Positions 8,774 through 17,026 of a stretch of DNA of 41,943 nucleotides are shown here, piece by piece. Each line of letters begins with the position of its first letter. Within the stretch, counting starts at the first letter, position 1. Location: assembly GCA_016199185.1 (NCBI GenBank), contig JACQHE010000039.1:1-41943 (forward strand), in the 5' to 3' direction. Under the pieces are notes generated by a model that saw only the letters and a program-made list of their open reading frames with translations, was not told the origin of the DNA and searched no databases. This stretch comes from Candidatus Gottesmanbacteria bacterium. GTDB lineage: Bacteria > Patescibacteriota > Microgenomatia > UBA10105 > UBA927. A program made the position numbers and the translations under genes.

Positions 8774-9121
8774 TTAAGGGATATGTTTTACGGAGTGTTG
8801 CTTCGGATCAAACTTGGGCGTGGTGACCATAAAGATTGTCACGGTGCCTTGCCACGCAAAGCGCTCTCCTTTATCCAGGAAAATTACGTCACCGATCGTT
8901 ATTGTGTGTTGTGCCTTAGGCGAAAGTACGTGACCATGGCCGGAAATGACGAAGGCAAGTTCTTTGGAGACGCTATTGATGGCAAAACCTTTTTCTGGGT
9001 ATCTACCGTTGATTTCCGCCACAGCGCCGCTGACCACGGCGTCATCCATGAAATATTCCCAGACGGTCGTTGAAGCCGACGCTTGAACTTTGTTAGCTTC
9101 GGATGATTGAATGATGGTCAT
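8774..9121 (-). CDS. cupin domain protein
   Basis: 115 aa. Contains GHGHV...GDVIFLDKGERFAW, the two-motif cupin barrel pattern. Confidence 0.7.
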   Translation of the reverse strand: MTIIQSSEANKVQASASTTVWEYFMDDAVVSGAVAEINGRYPEKGFAINSVSKELAFVISGHGHVLSPKAQHTITIGDVIFLDKGERFAWQGTVTIFMVTTPKFDPKQHSVKHIP

Positions 9122-9127
9122 ATGGAG

Positions 9128-9802
9128 CTATTGTAACCGAATACGGGAGACTTCTGTAGATTGTAAGGTTGGGTATTGGTTTTCCTTGCGCAGGATGATT
9201 TCTTTGACGGTCATGGATAGCGGGTGGGCATTCGCCTCAAGAAGCTGATACACACGAAGAGGATCTCGTAGCTTCGCTTTGTACCGCGCGATGGTCGTGT
9301 GGATGAAGGTGTTCTCTTTGGTTGTTTCCGCAGGGAAGGGGAGTGCTTCTTTAAGAGTCGCGCGTAACTCCTGCATCTCATCATGTTCGTCAATTGCGGA
9401 CCAGATGATCGCAGTCGTCATGGGAATCAGTCGGACACACGAGATTATAAATGAAGGAAAGACATGGTCGAGTTTTTGAAACTTGGCGAGGAAGTCTTTT
9501 TCTATCACCGCCCACGTCTGGTCGTATCCGAGCGAATAGTTGCCTCCCCAATAGACGACTTGATTAAAGCTGACGTGTTGAAACGGACGGGGAGTAAGAA
9601 GGAGCGCTTCCGGCTCGAGCTTGGACAATTCATCTTGAAGGTTACACACAGCGTCCCGCACTTCTTCAGAGATATCTATTTGAAGCGTGACACCTTTGAT
9701 CGGCTTGCCCCACATGTCATCGACTTTGATATCGTTGGCAAGAAACTTTTCGTGATGACTTGAAGCAAGCCCGTCGTACATAGTGATGAGTCTCTGGTTC
9801 AT
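9128..9802 (-). CDS. 2H phosphoesterase superfamily-like protein
   Basis: 224 aa with two H-x-(S/T) motifs in the expected halves (QHVSF and IHTTIARY). Confidence 0.5.
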   Translation of the reverse strand: MNQRLITMYDGLASSHHEKFLANDIKVDDMWGKPIKGVTLQIDISEEVRDAVCNLQDELSKLEPEALLLTPRPFQHVSFNQVVYWGGNYSLGYDQTWAVIEKDFLAKFQKLDHVFPSFIISCVRLIPMTTAIIWSAIDEHDEMQELRATLKEALPFPAETTKENTFIHTTIARYKAKLRDPLRVYQLLEANAHPLSMTVKEIILRKENQYPTLQSTEVSRIRLQ

Positions 9803-9842
9803 AATATCGTGTTACTATGTTTTAAAACATGGTAACACGGGA

Positions 9843-10358
9843 TTATTTGATGATTTTATAGTGCAGTTGGATGGTTTGGCGGTTGGTGAGGGTTTTTACC
9901 TCGATGAGTTTGAGGCGGGGCGCAAAGTCGCCGTCGGCAAACAAGGAGATGCCGCGGCCGAGGATGAGCGGTTCGATGTCGATGTACAGTTCGTCAATAA
10001 GACCGGCTTTGAGAAACAGACTGTTGATTTGCCCGCCGCCGGCGACGAGGGCCGCATCATACCCCTTCTCCTCAATGAGTGTCAAAATTTTTTCCGGCAG
10101 TGCGTCAGTAAAAATTGTATGAGAAGGCATTACTTTCGGCTGGTGATGGGTTACGACGATGCGCAGTTTGATGCCGGGAATGAGCGTCTGTTCCTTTTTA
10201 ATCACCTCGTAGGTGTTTCTGCCGATAATGATGACTCCCACCTCTTGCGCCTTGGCAAAAAAGCCCTGCCAGTCTTCTTTGCTCGTCCAACTCGTATCAT
10301 CATCCGCTCCGGCAATTTTGCCATTGACCGTCAAGGCCATGTAGAGGATGGTTTTCAT
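9843..10358 (-). CDS. RibD C-terminal domain / dihydrofolate reductase-like protein
   Basis: 171 aa. Contains LYMALTVNGKIA, IIIGRNTYE, VAGGGQINSLFLKAGLIDELYIDIEP and a tail ending HYKII, typical of the RibD_C family. Confidence 0.8.
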   Translation of the reverse strand: MKTILYMALTVNGKIAGADDDTSWTSKEDWQGFFAKAQEVGVIIIGRNTYEVIKKEQTLIPGIKLRIVVTHHQPKVMPSHTIFTDALPEKILTLIEEKGYDAALVAGGGQINSLFLKAGLIDELYIDIEPLILGRGISLFADGDFAPRLKLIEVKTLTNRQTIQLHYKIIK

Positions 10359-10372
10359 GGCTTCGTCTGTTG

Positions 10373-10486
10373 TTATTCCTTCTTACAGCCGCAATCGCCG
10401 GAGGGCTTGCCGCAGCCGGAACATACCCCGTTCTTGATGTCTTTGCCGCACGCCTTACACGCCGTACATCCGCATGTTTGACACAT
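10373..10486 (-). CDS. 37-aa Cys-rich metallothionein-like peptide (below the ORF-track cut-off)
   Basis: MCQTCGCTACKACGKDIKNGVCSGCGKPSGDCGCKKE has 9 Cys in 37 aa. GAGGGGGTGA SD lies about 6 nt upstream of the ATG, and TGGTACAAT lies further upstream. The stop is 14 nt before the next gene. Confidence 0.5.
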   Translation of the reverse strand: MCQTCGCTACKACGKDIKNGVCSGCGKPSGDCGCKKE

Positions 10487-10543
10487 ACTCTCACCCCCTC
10501 TCTACTGGCATTGTACCACAGAATTTTTCTGCCGGGAAGTACA

Positions 10544-10744
10544 TCATTTTGAGTTTGTGACAAAAAAAACCACGTGGTTTATTACGACGTAGGCGAGAGC
10601 GGCAAACAGAACTCCCCAACTGTTGTACACGAATGAGAATGCCCGCGGGTGGTCGCTTTTCACGGCTAATATTCGTGTAAGAAGGTTAAGCGCGGTGAAG
10701 ATGAGGGCGGCGGCGAGGGAGAGGACGAGCCACATAGGGATCAT
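10544..10744 (-). CDS. 66-aa two-helix membrane ORF, possibly an EamA/DMT transporter N-terminal remnant
   Basis: Internal Met of the 115-aa track ORF. MIPMWLVLSLAAALIFTALNLLTRILAVKSDHPRAFSFVYNSWGVLFAALAYVV resembles the first two helices of EamA transporters. Only ~57 nt remain before the next gene. Confidence 0.3.
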   Translation of the reverse strand: MIPMWLVLSLAAALIFTALNLLTRILAVKSDHPRAFSFVYNSWGVLFAALAYVVINHVVFFVTNSK

Positions 10745-10751
10745 TGTATCA

Positions 10752-10759
10752 TGTATAAT
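10752..10759 (+). promoter_or_regulatory. extended -10 box (TGTATAAT) 7 nt upstream of the alaS ATG
   Basis: TGTATAAT at 10752-10759 and ATG at 10767. No Shine-Dalgarno lies between them. Confidence 0.45.
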
Positions 10760-10766
10760 TAAGACG

Positions 10767-12476
10767 ATGAAATCAGCGGAAGTGAGACGGAAGTTCATCG
10801 AGTTCTTTAAGGCACGCGGGCATGTGGAGATACCGTCGGCGCCTCTCGTGCCGGAGAACGATCCGACGACACTTTTTACCAGTAGCGGCATGCAGCCGCT
10901 GGTTCCTTATTTATTGGGAGAGCCGCATCCGTTGGGCACAAGAATCGTGGACAGTCAAAAGTGCTTCCGCGCGCAGGACATTGATGAGGTGGGGAACAAC
11001 CGGCACACGACGTTTTTTGAAATGCTGGGCAACTGGTCATTGGGGGATTACTTCAAGAACGAGCAGCTGCCGTGGATCTGGGAGTTTCTGACCAAAGAAT
11101 TGGGACTCCCCAAAGAACGCCTGTACGTCTCCGTTTTGAAGGGAGACGAAGAATCAGTGAACATTTGGAAAGGTCTCGGCGTTCCCAAAGAGAAAATTTT
11201 CTCCTATGGGGTCGACAAAAACTGGTGGAGTAGAGCCGGCGAGCCGGACAAGATGCCAGAGGGCGAGCCGGGCGGCCCGGACAGCGAGGTATTTTATGAA
11301 TTTACGCAAGTGAAACACGATCCAAAATTCGGCAAACAGTGTCATCCGAATTGCGACTGTGGTCGATTTATGGAGATTGCCAATTCCGTGTTTATGCAAT
11401 ATCGAAAACTCGGGGACGGAAGCCTTGAAGAATTACCAAAGAAGAATGTTGATTTCGGCGGAGGACTTGAACGAATGACTGCTGCAGTAAATGATAATCC
11501 TGATGTATTTCAGACAGATTTATTTACGCCGCTTATGGCAGCACTTGGGACGTCGGGAGATGTCCGTGCTCGGCGTATCGTTACGGATCACATTAAAGCT
11601 GCCGTCATGATGATGGCCGATGGCGTTGTCCCCTCCAATAAAATGCAGGGGTATGTCCTTCGCCGTCTTATCCGGCGGGCAATGGTGAAAATGCAACAAC
11701 TCGGGGGTCATGTATCCGATGAGATGATTCATGCGGTCGTAGAAACCTATGGCGGAACAGAGTATTTCAAAACGGTAGGTATACGGTTTATCAAGCAAAC
11801 AATCGCAGAAGAAGATGAAAAATTCGGTAAAACATTGCGGGAAGGGATGAAAAATGTTGAGAACGTATCTCCGTTTGATCTGTATCAAACGTACGGATTT
11901 CCCATAGAGGTAACAGAAGAGTTATATCAGGAAAAAGGTCTCCGTTTAGACAGAGAGCAATTTGAAAAAGAAAAAGAAAAACATCAGGAGCTTTCCCGGA
12001 CAGCGGCGGCAGGGATGTTTAAGGGGGGACTAGCAGATAAAAGCGGGGCAACGACCAAACTTCATACCGCGACCCACCTCCTTCACGCGGCACTCCGACA
12101 GATCCTTGGGCCGCACGTCCAACAGAAAGGGAGCAACATCACCGCCGAGCGTCTGCGGTTTGATTTTTCACACCCGGCGAAGCTGACCCCGGAGGAGCTT
12201 GATAAGATTGCAGTACTCGTGAATGAGAACATTAAAGCAGACCTTCAGGTGACTATTGAAGTGATGTCCTACGATGAGGCGATCAAAGTGGGGGCGCTTG
12301 CGTTTTTTGGCGAGCGGTATCCGGAGAAGGTGAAAGTGTATACGATGGGCGCCTTCAGTCGGGAAATCTGCGGCGGGCCGCACGTAACAAACACCGGTGT
12401 GTTGGGATCGTTTCAGATCATCAAAGAAGAATCCGCCGGTAGTGGCGTACGGCGGATCTATGCGACGGTTGCATAA
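10767..12476 (+). CDS. alaS: alanine--tRNA ligase, short form without C-Ala domain
   Basis: Start chosen at MKSAEVRRKFIEFFKARGH. Contains FTSSGMQP and HTTFFEMLGNWSLGDYFK. Editing-domain motifs HTATHLLHAAL and CGGPHV are present. 569 aa. Confidence 0.9.
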   Translation: MKSAEVRRKFIEFFKARGHVEIPSAPLVPENDPTTLFTSSGMQPLVPYLLGEPHPLGTRIVDSQKCFRAQDIDEVGNNRHTTFFEMLGNWSLGDYFKNEQLPWIWEFLTKELGLPKERLYVSVLKGDEESVNIWKGLGVPKEKIFSYGVDKNWWSRAGEPDKMPEGEPGGPDSEVFYEFTQVKHDPKFGKQCHPNCDCGRFMEIANSVFMQYRKLGDGSLEELPKKNVDFGGGLERMTAAVNDNPDVFQTDLFTPLMAALGTSGDVRARRIVTDHIKAAVMMMADGVVPSNKMQGYVLRRLIRRAMVKMQQLGGHVSDEMIHAVVETYGGTEYFKTVGIRFIKQTIAEEDEKFGKTLREGMKNVENVSPFDLYQTYGFPIEVTEELYQEKGLRLDREQFEKEKEKHQELSRTAAAGMFKGGLADKSGATTKLHTATHLLHAALRQILGPHVQQKGSNITAERLRFDFSHPAKLTPEELDKIAVLVNENIKADLQVTIEVMSYDEAIKVGALAFFGERYPEKVKVYTMGAFSREICGGPHVTNTGVLGSFQIIKEESAGSGVRRIYATVA

Positions 12477-12494
12477 ATGATACAATGAAGAGTG

Positions 12495-14714
12495 ATGAAA
12501 CTGCCGGACGCCTTTCATCAGTTTCTTCATAAAACCCCGCAGCGCGAAGAGGCGTATCTTTCGCTCGTCCTGCAGGCTGGGGCCGTGCAGGCCGCAGTAT
12601 GGACGCTCTCCTCTGGCAAAAAAGCCCGCATCGGGGAGGCGGCGCATGAACGCGTGGAAAGCGACCCCTCGGGAAGACTCGGGGCAAGCTCCTGGGATAA
12701 ACGGTTGGAAGCATGTGACCGCGCGATTGCAAAGATTGCCCAAAAAGCGCTCCGGGACGATTTTGAAAAAGTGGTGCTGGGCCTTCCCGCCTATTACCTT
12801 ACCCCGGATGACGATATTCATGAAGACTGCCGCGGGCACATCAAGACCCTCACGAGTGAGCTCGAGCTTACCCCCATCGGCTTCGTCCCTATCCACCAGG
12901 CGATCGTCCACCACATCAAGGAAGAAGAGGGCGTGCCGCCCAGCGTCATACTCCTGGAGGTAGGCCCCCAGAACACGACGGTGATCGTTTATAAGGTTGG
13001 GGCCATCGTGGGCCGGGAGCAAATCGCCAATGATGATATCGTGCCGCAACTGGAGCGGACGCTTAAAGGTCTCAAGGAGCTTGAGGTGCTGCCCTCCAGA
13101 GTTCTCCTTTATGGATCGGATGAGACGGCGATAGAAGCGTATAAACGAGACCTCCTCAAACACCCCTGGCCCACGCGGGCGAACTTTCTCCACTACCCCA
13201 AGATCGAGCTTCTGCCAACCCTCGCGCTTGCCGGTGCCGTGTCGCTTGCCGGAGCGAGCGAGCTTGCTGGACAGGTGGGAGAAGCTGCAACTTCTGTCAT
13301 TCCGGCCAAGCCTGCCCCAGCGGAGGCTGGGGAGCCGGAATCCAGAGAAAAAGAAGAAGAGCCTGCCGTTGACCAAAACGTCGTGGAGGTGCCGCCGGAG
13401 ACGCTCGGGTTCCGGCGGGATGTGGATGTTTTGGAAAAACCTCAGGAGGTAACTCCCCCCACCCCACTCTTGAAACAAGAGGGGGAGAAGGGGAAGGGAG
13501 AGGAGATCAGAGAAACGCTTACGCGCTTCATTTCAGGTGTAAAGCTTCCGAGGGTTCGGGCAGTCGCACTTCCTAAAACCGGACTTTTTGTCCTTTTCAT
13601 TGTTGTCTTTCTCATTGGCGCAGGGTGGTGGCTTACCTACTGGGTGCTTCCCAAAGCGAGCATCACCATCCTTCAGCTGCCGCATGTACTTTCCGAATCT
13701 TCTTCTATGACGGTCAATCCTACGGCTACCGTCGTGGACGCTGCAACGAAAACCGTGCCCGGCAGGAAGCAGGAAAAGACGGTAAGCGGCGAGAAAACCA
13801 CAGCCGTCACCGGCCAGAAAGACATCGGTGATCCGGCCCGGGGCACCGTGACGGTCTACAACAAATCGCCCACGAGTAAGCAACTCAAGAAAGGCGCCGT
13901 GCTGACCGCCGGTTCCTTATCCTTCACACTGGATAGCGACGTTTCCATCGCCTCCGCAAGCGAAAGCGTCGGGTCCATCACGTTCGGCAAGGCTAATGCG
14001 GCGATCACCGCCGCTAAACTTGGGTCCCAGAGCAATCTGCCGGCAAGTACGGAGTTTAGCTTGAAAGATACGTCCACGAGCGTCATAGCGGGGAGAAATG
14101 ATGCGGCCCTGACCGGGGGGACGAGCAAGGTGGTGAGGGTTGTTTCCCGGGCAGATCAAAGCGCATTGGTGGACGCGCTAACCGGCGAGCTCATTGACAA
14201 AGCCAAGGGTGAGCTTGAAGCAAGCGTGGGTGGAGCAGAGCGGCTCATCGATGAAACCATCAAAACCACGGTGACGAATAAGAAATTTGATCAAGAGCTG
14301 GACCAGGAGTCCAACGAGCTTCACGGCAGTATCACCGTGACCATCACCGGCATTTCCTACAGTGAAAACGACATTGCATCGCTGTTTGCTGATCTGGTGG
14401 CAGCGAAAGTGCCGGCGGGGTACACGCTTCGGGAGGGTGGGGCACACGTAAAAGCTTTTCAAGTGAAGGTTCAAAAAGACGGAAGCATTACGCTTACTAT
14501 CGAGTACCAAGGTCAGGCGCTGCCAACGTTTGATACGGCTGCCATTGGGTCTGGGCTTGCCGGCAAAACATTTGCCCAGGCGCAGGAAGACATCAAGACG
14601 GTAAGCGGCGTGGGTGGCGTGGAGTTTGGGTCAGTCTCGTGGTCGCTGTGGGGGGGCACCACGTTTCCGGCAAATGCAAAAAACATTACCGTCTCCGTGG
14701 CCGTGCTTGAGTAG
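12495..14714 (+). CDS. large bitopic protein: degenerate actin-fold N-domain, PE-rich linker, LPKTG + TM helix, beta-rich extracytoplasmic domain
   Basis: 739/740 aa (GTG 12492 or ATG 12495). TACAAT at 12481-12486. LPKTG at nt 13569-13583 followed by LFVLFIVVFLIGAGWWLTYWVL. The C-terminal half is rich in S/T/A/G/V. It resembles proteins I recall being annotated baseplate J-like in CPR genomes (weak recollection). Confidence 0.7.
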   Translation: MKLPDAFHQFLHKTPQREEAYLSLVLQAGAVQAAVWTLSSGKKARIGEAAHERVESDPSGRLGASSWDKRLEACDRAIAKIAQKALRDDFEKVVLGLPAYYLTPDDDIHEDCRGHIKTLTSELELTPIGFVPIHQAIVHHIKEEEGVPPSVILLEVGPQNTTVIVYKVGAIVGREQIANDDIVPQLERTLKGLKELEVLPSRVLLYGSDETAIEAYKRDLLKHPWPTRANFLHYPKIELLPTLALAGAVSLAGASELAGQVGEAATSVIPAKPAPAEAGEPESREKEEEPAVDQNVVEVPPETLGFRRDVDVLEKPQEVTPPTPLLKQEGEKGKGEEIRETLTRFISGVKLPRVRAVALPKTGLFVLFIVVFLIGAGWWLTYWVLPKASITILQLPHVLSESSSMTVNPTATVVDAATKTVPGRKQEKTVSGEKTTAVTGQKDIGDPARGTVTVYNKSPTSKQLKKGAVLTAGSLSFTLDSDVSIASASESVGSITFGKANAAITAAKLGSQSNLPASTEFSLKDTSTSVIAGRNDAALTGGTSKVVRVVSRADQSALVDALTGELIDKAKGELEASVGGAERLIDETIKTTVTNKKFDQELDQESNELHGSITVTITGISYSENDIASLFADLVAAKVPAGYTLREGGAHVKAFQVKVQKDGSITLTIEYQGQALPTFDTAAIGSGLAGKTFAQAQEDIKTVSGVGGVEFGSVSWSLWGGTTFPANAKNITVSVAVLE

Positions 14715-14715
14715 T

Positions 14716-15495
14716 ATGGCACTGCATCGCTATGTCAAAGCGCCACCGAACACTCGTCCACCGGGACAAGAAATAGCCGGTCCTCCCCCCGTTCCTTCGT
14801 TTCGTCGGCGGACGGCCATCTCGTACTTATTTATCCTTGCGGGACTCGTGATCCTCTCCTGGGCTCTCTGGCCCATTGTGTCATTCACCATATTTACCGC
14901 CCCGACGTACGTCGGGGTCATCTCGCCGGTACCAGACCGGGTGAGCGATACCAACGTAGGGAGCGTGCTTTCGCCGATCGTGAGCGCAGCATCAACGACC
15001 GAGGTCGTAACCGATGGCCCCGATTACACCAACGCCAACGTATGGTTTCCCACAAGTCCCCAGAAAAAGGTAGTATCGGCGGTGACAGCCTACACGCTCT
15101 CTATCCCTAAGCTCGGCATCAACGATGCCCTCGTGATCATCTCCGGCGATGACCTCAATAAAAGCCTCATCCATTACGGCGGCACGGGGCTCCCTGGGCA
15201 GTACGGGACGGCGGTTATCTTCGGCCACTCGGTGCTGCCGCAGTTTTACAATCCCACCAACTACAAAACGATATTTTCGACCCTGCCGACGATGAAGATC
15301 GGGGACGAAATTTTCATCCGTTATGACGGGGTTGAGTACCGCTACGTGGTGTATGAGATGACCGTCACTGAAGCCAATGATTTGTCCCCTCTCGCCCAGC
15401 GGTTTGACGATAGCTACGTGACGCTTATCACCTGTGTGCCGCCGGGGACATATTGGAAGAGGTTGAATGTGAGAGCGAGGCTCGAGCGCATTTAG
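14716..15495 (+). CDS. sortase family transpeptidase
   Basis: Start chosen at MALHRYV, 1 nt after the upstream stop. N-terminal TM anchor, catalytic His (VIFGHSV), TLITC Cys motif and downstream Arg (NVRARL). Confidence 0.85.
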   Translation: MALHRYVKAPPNTRPPGQEIAGPPPVPSFRRRTAISYLFILAGLVILSWALWPIVSFTIFTAPTYVGVISPVPDRVSDTNVGSVLSPIVSAASTTEVVTDGPDYTNANVWFPTSPQKKVVSAVTAYTLSIPKLGINDALVIISGDDLNKSLIHYGGTGLPGQYGTAVIFGHSVLPQFYNPTNYKTIFSTLPTMKIGDEIFIRYDGVEYRYVVYEMTVTEANDLSPLAQRFDDSYVTLITCVPPGTYWKRLNVRARLERI

Positions 15496-15497
15496 CG

Positions 15498-15629
15498 TAA
15501 ATCCTAAGCACTAAATCCTAAACTCTAAACAAATTCAAATGACCAAAATTCAAAATATAAAACAGTTTTGAACATTGAGTATTGAGATTTTGATATTGTT
15601 TAGGAATTAGAAATTAGGATTTTGGATTT
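15498..15629. repeat. family-B word-repeat hairpin element, copy 1
   Basis: About 130 bp built of AAATCCTA-type words on the left arm and TAGGATTT-type words on the right arm. It ends in GGATTTTTTT. Closely similar to 16897-17026. Confidence 0.8.
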
Positions 15630-15639
15630 TTTTGCGAAT

Positions 15640-16899
15640 ATGAAAAGCGAACACCGTCAATTAGCAATAGATGCGATCAAAAAGAAACTGACCGGTAAGA
15701 GGCTTTCGTATTACGAGATATTCGCCATCATGGATGAGATTGCCAACCAGCGCCTGGGTCCCGTGCTCACGACCTACTTTGCCGCCGCCGGATTTACCGA
15801 AGGATTTAATGACGAGGAGCTTTTCTTCCTCACGAAAGCCATGGTGGATACCGGTCCCAAGCTTCATTTCAAAGGGATCGTGGCGGATAAACACTCAACC
15901 GGTGGGGTCGCGGGTACGCGGACGACCATGATTCTCGTCCCCATCATCGCCGCCGCGGGCTTTCAGATCCCGAAAACGTCCTCACGCGCCATCACTTCCC
16001 CGGCCGGTACCGCCGATACTATGGAGGTGGTGGCGCCCGTCACGTTTAGTCCGAAGCAAATCGAAGCGTTGGTTGCCCGCGTCGGCGGGTGCATCGTCTG
16101 GGGCGGGCACTTGGGCCTGGCTCCCGCTGATGACGTGATCATCCAAGTAGAGCAGCCTTTGGCGTTTGAATCGTTTGACAAGATCATCGTCTCCATCATG
16201 GCCAAAAAGGTGGCCTCCGGGGCGACCCACTTGGTATTGGACATCCCCGTGGGGCCGACCATGAAGATCCAGCACTTTAAAGACGCCGAGGTAATAGCCA
16301 AGAAGTTTTCGTTCCTTGCCGGCAAGCTCGCCATGAAGGTTATTTTGGATATCAACGAAGCGTTAGAAAACGCCGGTCGGGGTATCGGGCCGGTGTTGGA
16401 GGCCCGCGACGTCTTTGCCGTACTTGCCCAGGATCCGGACCGGCCGCTAGCGCTGGAGGCGAAGACCTTGCGGCTTGCTGGCAAACTCCTGTCGCTTTGT
16501 TTTGGGGATACCAAAGGTAAAGAGGGAACCGACGGCGAAGCGGTGGCGCGCGAGATCCTCGCCTCCGGACAGGCAATGAAAAAAATGCGCGAGATCATCA
16601 AAGCCCAGGGCGGCGATCCGGATATCGACATTACGCACGTGACGCCGGGGAAGTTCCGCCATGAAGTGGGAAGTCCGCGCGCCGGTCGGGTAAGCCGCAT
16701 CGACAACCGGCAGATCACGGTGGTATGCCGGATTCTGGGGTGCCCCACGGACAAAAAAGCCGGGATGTACCTCAACCGCAAGCTCGAAGAGTCGGTGGAC
16801 AAAGGTGATATACTATGTACGCTCTACAGTTCGGACAAATGGAGACTGCAAGAGGCAGTGGAGACGATGAAGAATGTGCCGGTGTACACTATTGAATAA
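15640..16899 (+). CDS. AMP/thymidine phosphorylase family protein (archaeal DeoA-like core, no N-terminal extra domain)
   Basis: ATG at 15640 preferred over the TTG at 15622. Contains DKHSTGGVAG and IPKTSSRAITSPAGTADTMEV, glycosyltransferase family 3 motifs. Confidence 0.85.
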   Translation: MKSEHRQLAIDAIKKKLTGKRLSYYEIFAIMDEIANQRLGPVLTTYFAAAGFTEGFNDEELFFLTKAMVDTGPKLHFKGIVADKHSTGGVAGTRTTMILVPIIAAAGFQIPKTSSRAITSPAGTADTMEVVAPVTFSPKQIEALVARVGGCIVWGGHLGLAPADDVIIQVEQPLAFESFDKIIVSIMAKKVASGATHLVLDIPVGPTMKIQHFKDAEVIAKKFSFLAGKLAMKVILDINEALENAGRGIGPVLEARDVFAVLAQDPDRPLALEAKTLRLAGKLLSLCFGDTKGKEGTDGEAVAREILASGQAMKKMREIIKAQGGDPDIDITHVTPGKFRHEVGSPRAGRVSRIDNRQITVVCRILGCPTDKKAGMYLNRKLEESVDKGDILCTLYSSDKWRLQEAVETMKNVPVYTIE

Positions 16900-17026
16900 A
16901 TTCTAAGCACTAAATCCTAAATCCAAAACAAATTCAAATGACCAAAATCCGAAATACCAAACGAACCCGTTTCGAACATTTGGATTTAGAATTTTGATAT
17001 TGTTTAGGATTTAGAAATTTGGATTT
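16897..17026. repeat. family-B word-repeat hairpin element, copy 2
   Basis: Starts at the phosphorylase stop codon and ends at the ATG of the next ORF. Same orientation and near-identical arms to 15498-15629. Confidence 0.8.

Noticed and set aside
9783-10481. 232-aa plus-strand ORF
   Set aside because: It is antisense to the RibD_C-like gene and the Cys-rich ORF, both of which have better family or RBS support.
12168-13478. 436-aa minus-strand ORF
   Set aside because: It lies antisense to the alaS 3' end and to the 740-aa gene. Its Arg/Gly/Pro/Leu-rich composition is typical of the reverse frame of GC-rich coding DNA.
13569-13583. Treating LPKTG as a canonical C-terminal cell-wall sorting signal
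   Set aside because: It is mid-protein, no signal peptide is present, and the positive residues lie upstream of the helix. It is kept as a finding but not annotated as a standard sorting signal.
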